DNA from: Candidatus Staskawiczbacteria bacterium
Lineage (GTDB): Bacteria > Patescibacteriota > Minisyncoccia > Minisyncoccales > Staskawiczbacteraceae
Assembly: GCA_963778905.1 (NCBI GenBank)
Contig: CAVZWH010000024.1
Span: forward strand, 12,498-76,497
Direction: 5' to 3'
DNA: 64,000 bases
Shown here: positions 10,701 to 17,510 of the stretch, piece by piece
Position numbering within the stretch: the first letter of the stretch is position 1
How the letters are laid out: every line of letters begins with the position of its first letter
Notes under the pieces: generated by a model
Told to the model about the DNA's origin: nothing
Databases searched by the model: none
Seen by the model: the letters and a program-made list of their open reading frames with translations, nothing else
Program-made: the position numbers and the translations under genes

Positions 10701-11087
10701 TATGCCGGCCAGACAGTAACAATTACTTATCAGGTGCAGGTTGCCGGAGCTGCAAACTTTTCTTACGGATCTACAACATTGAATAACAATGTTTCTGTAT
10801 CAAGCACTAACGGTAGCAACCCTACATCATCAGCATCAGTCATTGTAACCAGAACCGCAGTTTACGGAGCCAGCACAGTTTCAACCGGATTAACCAATAA
10901 TTTTTGGGTTGATTCGTTTTTCTTGCCATTATTGCTCACCTTAATTGGTCTTTGGATGTGGAGATCTGGAGTGTTTTTCGGAGTAGAAAAATGGTTAGAC
11001 AACAAGAAAAAAATCCGCAGAGGATACAAAGCAGAAAAAGAATTGAACCACAGAATTACTCAAATACAAAAGACAGAAAGAGTATAA
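7788..11087 (+). CDS. giant cysteine-rich repeat surface protein (signal peptide, ~15 Cys-rich modules, FN3-like + DUF11-like domains, C-terminal sorting-signal-like tail)
   Basis: Signal peptide-like N-terminus; alternating 71-aa six-Cys modules (CTSNTDCGANAYTGSPFCQGNSVYQNYITYTC...); YHFRAAAQ FN3-like; TLTVNKTVRDL...DYLPANLIY DUF11-like; C-terminal STGLTNN-hydrophobic-KKKIRRGYK tail. Confidence 0.8.
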   Translation: MNTFLKVFVITGLTIVSAILISVTMAPATARALSCDGNSGPANQGTVVLAQDSTVTVTVNYICNDLRDTDYFGLSSPTKITFGEAHSSSNGSYNAGNFKAGTELIFFLYDATHGNTWYTGPASRNSDGQVHADFRNVGTNNWTIGFNDAAYPADNNLFNDIVINVTATPSCTANSTKQCSGNAVYWYNSCGTKGSLFQQCTSTQTCTNAQCVNNCTPNTAKQCVGNAVYNFNSCGVQGTLYQQCTSNQICQNAQCVNIACSSNTDCGANAYTGSPFCQGNSVYQNYITYTCNNPGTASSSCSNSTAAQKKNDCTANQTCSNGACVNQTITCTSNTDCGANAYTGSPFCQGNSVYQNYITYTCNNAGTSTSYCSNNTAAQKKNDCTANQTCANGSCTNQNITCTSNTDCGTNSYTGSPFCQSGNVYQNYITYTCTNPGTASSYCSNNTASQLKTTCASGQTCANGSCSNQTITCTSNTDCGANAYTGSPFCQGNSVYQNYITYTCNNAGTSTSYCSNNTAAQKKNDCTANQTCANGSCTNQNITCTSNTDCGTNSYTGSPFCQSGNVYQNYITYTCTNPGTASSYCSNNTASQLKTTCASGQTCANGSCSNQTITCTSNTDCGANAYTGSPFCQGNSVYQNYITYTCNNAGTSTSYCSNNTAAQLKTTCTGNQTCSNGSCSTTCTQNSYQQCQGNYLYWYNSCGVQEGQSQYCPNGCSGNSCTNNNCTYHSYEQCIGNNLYWYNSCGVQQDLVQYCPNGCSGNTCTNNNIYATVQTNSATNVNNNQATLNGYLYSGSNNNNNCTNYVWFQYGPTTSYGTETNHQTQGYSGAFSQIVNLYNNYNTNSYHFRAAAQDCSGNTVYGQDMTIYSNNIGTGTLTVNKTVRDLTTGAGFASSTSASPSDMLMFMITLQNTGSQDVSNVIARDYLPANLIYNDQLTVACTTNNSNYNNCNGSNYNYTGNISSGVNLNTIYAGQTVTITYQVQVAGAANFSYGSTTLNNNVSVSSTNGSNPTSSASVIVTRTAVYGASTVSTGLTNNFWVDSFFLPLLLTLIGLWMWRSGVFFGVEKWLDNKKKIRRGYKAEKELNHRITQIQKTERV
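8769..9775 (+). repeat. perfect 426-bp (142-aa) tandem repeat, ~2.4 copies, inside the giant surface protein gene; diverged copy at ~8563-8768
   Basis: Identical nucleotide stretches begin at 8769, 9195 and 9621 (accatcacctgcaccagcaacaccgactgcggagctaacgcc...), third copy diverges near 9775. Confidence 0.9.
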
Positions 11088-11094
11088 AGAAACA

Positions 11095-11130
11095 AAAAGC
11101 CCGCGACCAAGTCGCGGGCTTTTTGTTTTT
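11095..11130. terminator. bidirectional rho-independent terminator (serves giant gene on + and recR on -)
   Basis: agcccgcgac-caa-gtcgcgggct hairpin flanked by A-run upstream and TTTTTGTTTTT downstream. Confidence 0.75.
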
Positions 11131-11727
11131 ATTTGCGGCCTTCCAGCGCATTTTCTAAAGTTTCTTCGTCGGCGTACTCAAGTTCGCCGCCGACCGGAAT
11201 TCCTTTTGCCAGATGAGTGATTTTGAAAGCGGGCGAGGGAATTGCTTCTTTTATTGTGGATTCAACTAAAACAGATGTTGCTCTGCCTTCGGGCGTTGGA
11301 TTTAATGCAATAATTATTTCTGAAAAATTATTATCTTTTACTCTTTTTTTAGTTCTTCAATTCTTAATTGATTTATATCTTCTTTTCTCATTGTTGCCAC
11401 AGTTCCACCCAAAATGAAATAAAGTCCGTTATATTTTTTTGTGCTTTCAAGCGACAATAAATCTGTTTCTTTTTCAACTATGCAAAGCAGATTTTTATTT
11501 CTTGATGGATTTTGGCAAATAGTACATAATTTTTCACCGCCTTCAAAAGGGTCAAAACAAAGTTCGCATAATTTTATTTTGTTTTTTAATTCTATAATTG
11601 CATCTGCCAGCTCGTCTATTTTTTCTTTTGGCAGTTTCATCAAATAATAAACAAAACGGCCGGCAGTTCTGGAGCCAACCGTAGGAAATTTTCTAAAAAT
11701 ATCTTTTAGTTTTTCTATTGAATCCAT
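11129..11727 (-). CDS. recR: recombination protein RecR, interrupted by a frameshift in an A7/T7 homopolymer (11344-11350)
   Basis: N-terminal part (ORF 11338-11727: HhH, C4 zinc finger CELC...CTIC, start of Toprim LLCIVEKETD) stops at 11338; the rest of the Toprim/C-terminus (IIIALNPTPEGRATSV...ITHLAKGIPVGGELEYADEETL) continues in another frame down to the TAA at 11129. Confidence 0.7.
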
Positions 11728-11728
11728 A

Positions 11729-13078
11729 TTATGCTTCGCTAGAATATTCGCCTTTATCTAAATTTCTGAAACTTACCCTGTGTTCGTCAAAATATAAATC
11801 AATGCCGCCGGTTGGGCCATTTCTGTGCTTTTCAATTAAAATTTTTGCAACGTTTTTGCTCAGCGAATTTTCGTTGTATTTATCTTCTCTGTAAATAAAC
11901 ATTACAACATCGGCGTCCTGCTCAATGGCTCCGGATTCGCGCAAATCAGCCAATCTTGGAATTTGCGGGACTCTTGCCTCAACCGCGCGAGATAATTGGG
12001 ATAAAACAAGTACCGGCACATTTAATTCTTTTGCCAGCATTTTTAATGCCCTGGAATTTTCTGTGACCTGCTGAACCGCCGATTGAAATCTGTTCATTGG
12101 TTCCATCAACTGCAGATAATCTATAACAATTAATGACAAACCCTTGTTTGCCTGAAGCCGGCGCGCCATGGCTCTTATCTGCAAAATGTTTACAGAGCCG
12201 GCGTCGTCAATATACAAAGGCGCGTCAGACAAACTTCCCATGGCGTGCTGAATTCTTGAATAATCGTCTGATGTCAGCCGGCCGTTTCTTAAATTCCACA
12301 GATTAATATTTGCCATGCTGGCCAAAAGTCTGTCGGCTAATTGATCTTTTGACATTTCAAGCGAAAAAAGTCCGACTGGTTTATTTTCTAAAACCGCAAT
12401 GTTTCTGGCAATGTCTAAAGCCAGCGAAGTTTTTCCCATGCTTGGCCTGGCTGCCAAAATTACCAAATCAGATTTTTGCAAACCGCCCAAAATTTTATCT
12501 AAATCAGTAAAACCGGTTGCAACTCCGCGCAATTTGCCGGCATATTTTGAAAGCTCGTCTAATCTTTCAAAGGTGTCTGATAAAATATCTTTTATGGGCA
12601 AAAATGCCTGAGTCAAAGATCTTTGTCCAATTGAGAAAACAGTTTTTTCTGCTTTATCTAACAAAACATCAACTTCTTCTGCCTCGTCAAAAGCAGACAA
12701 ACCAATTTCTTCTGAGGCAGAAATTAAATCTCTTAAAATCTTTTTTTGTCTGACAATTTTTGCATAATTGGAAACGTGCGTGGCAGTTGGGACTGTGTTG
12801 ATTAAAGAGGTTAAATATGTTAACCCGCCAATATCTTCCAATTTATTTTTTTCTTTTAACCTGGCGGAAACCGAAAGAATATCAATTGGATTTGACCTTT
12901 CGTAAAGCTCGGCCATTGCGCCAAATATATCTTGGTGGATTCCTTTGTAAAAATCTTCTGCTTTTATAAAATCAACAATTTTTACAATTGCATCTTTGTC
13001 CAACATCAAACAGCCCAGCAAACATTGTTCTGCTTCAGTATTTTGCGGAGGAAGTTTTTCTGCCAATTCTTTAGCCAT
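11729..13078 (-). CDS. dnaB: replicative DNA helicase DnaB
   Basis: Walker A GKTSLALDIARN, DnaB N-terminal and RecA-like C-terminal motifs, 449 aa (no intein). Confidence 0.9.
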   Translation of the reverse strand: MAKELAEKLPPQNTEAEQCLLGCLMLDKDAIVKIVDFIKAEDFYKGIHQDIFGAMAELYERSNPIDILSVSARLKEKNKLEDIGGLTYLTSLINTVPTATHVSNYAKIVRQKKILRDLISASEEIGLSAFDEAEEVDVLLDKAEKTVFSIGQRSLTQAFLPIKDILSDTFERLDELSKYAGKLRGVATGFTDLDKILGGLQKSDLVILAARPSMGKTSLALDIARNIAVLENKPVGLFSLEMSKDQLADRLLASMANINLWNLRNGRLTSDDYSRIQHAMGSLSDAPLYIDDAGSVNILQIRAMARRLQANKGLSLIVIDYLQLMEPMNRFQSAVQQVTENSRALKMLAKELNVPVLVLSQLSRAVEARVPQIPRLADLRESGAIEQDADVVMFIYREDKYNENSLSKNVAKILIEKHRNGPTGGIDLYFDEHRVSFRNLDKGEYSSEA

Positions 13079-13192
13079 AATATGTCTTTATATCAAAACT
13101 ATGAAAACTGGGCAAGGGATTGACAATGTAATAATTATATTGTATTGTTAATATATAGAACAGAAGGGAGTTTTTTTGAAAGGAGGCGACAC

Positions 13193-13429
13193 ATGTTCGC
13201 CGAACATAAAACAGAATGTGTTGTTTGGGACGGCTTTCCGGCGACAATAACCAAAGACGGGAGGCTTGTTTTTGGAGAAGACAAGGAAACCTTAGAGCAG
13301 GGCATTTCCCGCCGTTCGGCATTGATTGAATTTTTCTCCTCAAGAGGAGAAAAAGCGGAGGCGGAAAAGGTTCGCCAGATCCTCCAAAAAATGATGCGGC
13401 TGGCTGAAGATGTCGGTTCTCATCAGTAG
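13193..13429 (+). CDS. small hypothetical protein (78 aa) in a GC-rich island; strong SD (AGGAGG-N7-ATG)
   Basis: ORF with canonical RBS; codon usage GC-rich (GGC, GAC, CGC) unlike neighbours; no recognisable family. Confidence 0.25.
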   Translation: MFAEHKTECVVWDGFPATITKDGRLVFGEDKETLEQGISRRSALIEFFSSRGEKAEAEKVRQILQKMMRLAEDVGSHQ

Positions 13430-13445
13430 GTCTGCGAGCGCGGAC

Positions 13446-13493
13446 TAAAAAGCCGATTGGCAAAATCTCTAAACAGAGAAATTTCAATCGGCT
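13446..13493 (-). terminator. rho-independent terminator of cysS
   Basis: On minus strand agccgattg...caatcggct hairpin followed by TTTTT. Confidence 0.7.
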
Positions 13494-13504
13494 GTTTGTT
13501 TGCT

Positions 13505-14908
13505 TTAAATTCCTCTCGCAATCGGCCCTTTTTTTGTATCTTCAACTATAAATCCTTTTCTTGCAATCTCTGCGCGAATTTCGTCTGATTTCTGCCAGTT
13601 CTGATTTTTTCTGGCAAATTCTCTTTCTTTCACTAATTTTTTTATTTCAGCTGGAATTGTTTTGTTCACTTTCTTAAAATTAATAATTCCAAAAATATCA
13701 TTTATTTCTTGGAAAAACTTATAAATTTCTTCAGCATCTTTTTTGGAAATTAAATCTTTTTCTAAAAGTTCGTTTGCTTTTTTAATAAATTCAAACATTA
13801 CTGCAAAGGCTTTGGGCGTATTAAAATCATCATCCAATTCCTTATAGAAGTCTGATTTGAATTTTGAAATTAGTTTTGAATTTTTAGTTGTCGTTTTTCG
13901 TTTTTCGCTTTTAGTTTTTAGTTTTCTAAGAAATTCTTCAATTTTTTCAACAGTTGATTTTACTTCAATCATTGCTGATTCAGAATAATCAACCGGAGAA
14001 GACCACAAATTTTTTGCAACGAAGAACTTCAAATAATTTGCCGGGCATCTTTTCAAAAAATCGCTTATGGTAATAAAATTTCCCAGGGATTTGGACATTT
14101 TTTGGCCATTGACCGTTAAAAATCCAACATGCATCCAATATTTTACCATTGGTGCCTTTCCGGAAATTGCTTCCATTTGGCTTATCTCTGCTTCGTGGTG
14201 CGGAAAAATTAAATCTCTTGCTCCGCCGTGTATGTCGTATTGCGGTCCGAAAAATTTTTCTGTTATTGCGGTATCTTCAATGTGCCAGCCTGGGCGCCCC
14301 GAACCCCACGGGCTTTTCCAGTTTGGTTCATTCTCAGCAGAAAATTTCCACAAGCAAAAATCGCCTCTATTTTTTTTGTCTTTGCTGTAATCAATACGCG
14401 AAACAGCGTCTTCTGCCTGCAGAGCGGTTCTGCCGGAAAGTTTTCCATATTTTTTGAATTTTGAAATGTCGTAATAAATTCCATCGCCTTCAATTTTGTA
14501 AGCAAAACCTTTTTCTTGCAGGCGTTTTACCTGGCTGATTATTTCTTTGATATAATTTGTGGCTCTGGCATATTTTGAAACGCTGTCAATGCCCAGAAGT
14601 TTCATATTTTGCAGATATTCTTTTTCAAATGCCAATGCCAAATCTTTTGGAGAAACTCCTTTTTCTCTGGCGCGGGCAATAATTTTGTCGTCTAAATCGG
14701 TTATGTTCTGCAAGTAAAAAACATTAAAACCAGAAACTTTCAAATATTTTACAAACGAATCAAAAGCAATATAGTTTCTGGCGTGGCCTATGTGAGAATA
14801 ATCGTAAACCGTCGGACCGCAGACAAATAAATTAACTTGTTTGCCTTTTTTTGGCTTGAATAAATCTTTTTTGCCAGATAACGTGTTATATATTTTTAAA
14901 TTTGACAT
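13505..14908 (-). CDS. cysS: cysteinyl-tRNA synthetase
   Basis: HIGHARNY and KMSKSLGN class I aaRS motifs, zinc-binding Cys region. Confidence 0.9.
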   Translation of the reverse strand: MSNLKIYNTLSGKKDLFKPKKGKQVNLFVCGPTVYDYSHIGHARNYIAFDSFVKYLKVSGFNVFYLQNITDLDDKIIARAREKGVSPKDLALAFEKEYLQNMKLLGIDSVSKYARATNYIKEIISQVKRLQEKGFAYKIEGDGIYYDISKFKKYGKLSGRTALQAEDAVSRIDYSKDKKNRGDFCLWKFSAENEPNWKSPWGSGRPGWHIEDTAITEKFFGPQYDIHGGARDLIFPHHEAEISQMEAISGKAPMVKYWMHVGFLTVNGQKMSKSLGNFITISDFLKRCPANYLKFFVAKNLWSSPVDYSESAMIEVKSTVEKIEEFLRKLKTKSEKRKTTTKNSKLISKFKSDFYKELDDDFNTPKAFAVMFEFIKKANELLEKDLISKKDAEEIYKFFQEINDIFGIINFKKVNKTIPAEIKKLVKEREFARKNQNWQKSDEIRAEIARKGFIVEDTKKGPIARGI

Positions 14909-15521
14909 GTCCTTTTTCTTTTAATTCTAATATTCTTGTAAACATGCTTAAAAAAGAAAAAATTATAGAAATCCACAAAACATCAATGAAGAAAATAGGC
15001 GGCGAGTTTGGCCAGACTATTAAAATTACAATAAATACAACAGACATTAAAACCATCTTTGTTTTACCATAAATATTTGATTCAAGATATATTTCCTTTG
15101 ATTTATAAAATATTGAGGCCAAAGCGTTGATAATTTCCACCAAGATTAATATTAGAAGCAGCCATTTGTGGTAGTGATATAAGCTGTAAACAGCAATTGG
15201 GATTATTAAAATTCTGTCAGACGTAGAATCTAACATGGCGCCAAATTCAGTAACTTTATTTGTGCCTCTTGCAATCGGTCCGTCAATGAGGTCGGTGAAG
15301 ACGCCAACGCAAAAAAGAGACACTATTAAAATTTTATTTTCAATGCCAAGCCAAAAAATTAGTATAAACAACACTATGCTTATTAAAACTCTAACCCAAG
15401 TAACCTGATTGGGCGAAACACGAGAAGGCCAATAGGGTTTTATAAAAAGAAAAAGAAATTCGTCCCGCCAGTGGTCAATTTTTTCTAAAAAATATTTTAG
15501 GTCGTCTAAAAAATTTTTCAT
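14886..15521 (-). CDS. CDP-alcohol phosphatidyltransferase family protein
   Basis: DLIDGPIARGTNKVTEFGAMLDSTSDRI = D-G-x2-A-R-x8-G-x3-D-x3-D signature; multiple TM helices; overlaps cysS start by 23 nt. Confidence 0.7.
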   Translation of the reverse strand: MKNFLDDLKYFLEKIDHWRDEFLFLFIKPYWPSRVSPNQVTWVRVLISIVLFILIFWLGIENKILIVSLFCVGVFTDLIDGPIARGTNKVTEFGAMLDSTSDRILIIPIAVYSLYHYHKWLLLILILVEIINALASIFYKSKEIYLESNIYGKTKMVLMSVVFIVILIVWPNSPPIFFIDVLWISIIFSFLSMFTRILELKEKGHVKFKNI

Positions 15522-15584
15522 AGGTTTAATTATCTTACCAAACTTTGCAAAAAAATGGAACTATGATAACCTTAAATAATTTCC

Positions 15585-16145
15585 ATGAAAAAAAACGATA
15601 TCATTTTTGCAATAGTTTGCGGATTGGCAGTGGCTTGGATTGCTTTGGATTTTTTCGGCAAGTATGGTTGGATTTTTTTCTTTGTCTTACCGATTTTTTC
15701 AGTAATTGGTTTGTGTCTGGTTGAGTTGATTGGAAAAAAAATATTGTTTGTGCGCCAGGCCGGCAAATTTATTTTGGCAGGAAGCCTTGCCGATGTGATT
15801 GATATTAAAGTTTTTCAGTTTTTGTTTTGGCTGGCTCCATTTTCTTTGATATTCAAGGCAATTTCTTTTTTGGTTGCAACTTTCGTAAAATATTGGTGGA
15901 ATAAATATTGGGCATTTGAAAAAATGGAAAAAGAGGATATAAATAAGGAAGCAATTCAGTTTTTTGCAGTAACGCTGGCGGGATTAATATTAAATGTAGG
16001 GGCGTTTTATTACTTTACAAAAATATTGGGACCGCAATTTTCAATGCCAATTAAAACCTGGACAGAACTAAGCGTAATTTTTGCGGCGTTAGTATCTGCA
16101 GCATGGAACTTTTTAGGATATAAGTTTATCGTGTTCAAAAAATAG
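15585..16145 (+). CDS. GtrA-like polytopic membrane protein
   Basis: Four-plus TM helices; C-terminal AAWNFLGYKFIVFKK resembles GtrA-family C-terminus. Confidence 0.4.
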   Translation: MKKNDIIFAIVCGLAVAWIALDFFGKYGWIFFFVLPIFSVIGLCLVELIGKKILFVRQAGKFILAGSLADVIDIKVFQFLFWLAPFSLIFKAISFLVATFVKYWWNKYWAFEKMEKEDINKEAIQFFAVTLAGLILNVGAFYYFTKILGPQFSMPIKTWTELSVIFAALVSAAWNFLGYKFIVFKK

Positions 16146-16172
16146 AAATCCTCGCGGCTTCACCGCTATAGC

Positions 16173-16222
16173 GCAATTTTGTAAAAATTTATTTTTACTT
16201 CGTAAAAGTTTTACAAAATTGC
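16173..16222 (+). terminator. long AT-rich hairpin (14-bp perfect inverted repeat + inner stem) followed by T-rich tract; probable terminator/regulatory element upstream of dnaX
   Basis: gcaattttgtaaaa ... ttttacaaaattgc perfect IR with 22-nt spacer containing inner tttac-ttc-gtaaa stem; followed by ggatttatatatttt. Confidence 0.35.
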
Positions 16223-16286
16223 TGGATTTATATATTTTCCTCCGCTTCGCTACGGGCTGCCATTCGGCAGAAAATATAAAAAAATT

Positions 16287-17393
16287 ATGGCAAATTTAGT
16301 TTTGTATAGAAAATATAGGCCGCAGAGGTTTGCGGAGGTCGTGGGGCAAGAGCATGTGGTTACAACCCTAACCAATTCAATAAAAGGAAATAATATTTCC
16401 CATGCTTATTTGTTTTCCGGACCGCGGGGAAGCGGGAAAACAACAATTGCCAGATTGTTTGCCAAGGCCATAAATTGTGAGAAGCCGGTTGACGGCTTTG
16501 AGCCGTGCAACAAATGCTCTTCGTGTTTGGAAATTATGGCAGGAAATTCAATGGATTTAATTGAAATTGACGCGGCTTCGCACACCGGAGTTGACGATAT
16601 TAGGCAATTAATTGAAGGAGTAAAATTTGCGCCGGTAAAATCAAAATACAAGATATTTATAATTGACGAATGCCACCAGCTTTCAAAATCTGCGGCAAAT
16701 GCTTTGCTAAAAACATTGGAAGAGCCGCCGGCTCACGCGATATTTTTGCTGGCAACAACAGAATCGCACAAAATGATTCCGACAATTTTGTCGCGATGCC
16801 AAAAATTTGATTTCAAAAGATTGCAGGTGCCGGAAATTATTAAAAAACTGGAATTTATTTCCAAAAAAGAAAATGTAAAGTTTGACGAATCAGCTTTGTC
16901 ATTAATTGCTTTGAATTCACGCGGGTCATTTAGAGACGCAGAGTCATTGTTAGACCAATGTATGAGTTTTGCCGGGGAGGGAAGCGTGATAAAAACGCAG
17001 GATATAAAAGAATTATTGGGAATTGTTGAAGTTGGCGAAATTTCCCGATTTGTTGACCAGCTTGTAACAAAAAATACCAAAGACGCAATTTTTTCCATAA
17101 ATTTATTGTGCGACAATGGAGTTGATTTACAGGAATTTACCAAAACGTTGGTTTTCTATCTGCGGCAAGCTCTGCTTTCAAAAATTAATCCCGGTTTTTT
17201 GAATTTACAGAATTCCGGTTTATCTTTGCAGGAATTAGAAAAAATGAAAACGCAGACAGCAAATTTAACTCAAAAAGATTTGCAAAATATGCTGGAGTTT
17301 TTCATTGACGCAGAAAATAAAATAAAATATTCATCGGTTGCTCAATTACCATTGGAATTAGCAATAATAAATATAACGCATACAGAATCATAA
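16287..17393 (+). CDS. dnaX: DNA polymerase III subunit gamma/tau (short form)
   Basis: YRPQRFAEVVGQEHV, GPRGSGKTT Walker A, DECHQLS, SRCQKF sensor motifs. Confidence 0.85.
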   Translation: MANLVLYRKYRPQRFAEVVGQEHVVTTLTNSIKGNNISHAYLFSGPRGSGKTTIARLFAKAINCEKPVDGFEPCNKCSSCLEIMAGNSMDLIEIDAASHTGVDDIRQLIEGVKFAPVKSKYKIFIIDECHQLSKSAANALLKTLEEPPAHAIFLLATTESHKMIPTILSRCQKFDFKRLQVPEIIKKLEFISKKENVKFDESALSLIALNSRGSFRDAESLLDQCMSFAGEGSVIKTQDIKELLGIVEVGEISRFVDQLVTKNTKDAIFSINLLCDNGVDLQEFTKTLVFYLRQALLSKINPGFLNLQNSGLSLQELEKMKTQTANLTQKDLQNMLEFFIDAENKIKYSSVAQLPLELAIINITHTES

Positions 17394-17510
17394 TTATTGT
17401 AAATCTTATTGTGCGACAATTTGCGGCCTGCAAGGGCTGTTTTTTTATCCACATACTTGCATTTCAAAAAAGAGGTATAATAAAAGAATATACATTAAAT
17501 TATAAATTTC

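Noticed and set aside
13415-13440. Hammerhead-like CUGAUGA on the minus strand near 13421-13430
   Set aside because: No adjacent stem II followed by GAAA, and no stem III/cleavage-site context. The heptamer is just the reverse complement of the small ORF's SHQ-stop codons.
13150-13450. RNase P RNA or tmRNA in the GC-rich island
   Set aside because: RNase P P4/CR-I motifs (GGAAAGUCCGGGC, ACAGAAnCCGGCUUA) and tmRNA hallmarks (tRNA-like GGUUCGAnUCC 3' end, ...ALAA tag ORF) were not found on either strand.
13071-13487. 138-aa minus-strand ORF across the GC island
   Set aside because: It starts inside the cysS terminator hairpin, has no RBS and its composition is dominated by Leu/Arg/Pro from GC-rich antisense sequence. 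The plus-strand ORF with a perfect SD is the more plausible reading, if any is real.
16146-16286. SRP RNA (ffs/scr) upstream of dnaX, suggested by conserved ffs-dnaX synteny
   Set aside because: No match to the helix-8 signature GGUCC-GGAA-GGAAGCAGC. The region is mostly an AT-rich hairpin, so it is kept only as a low-priority covariance-model check.
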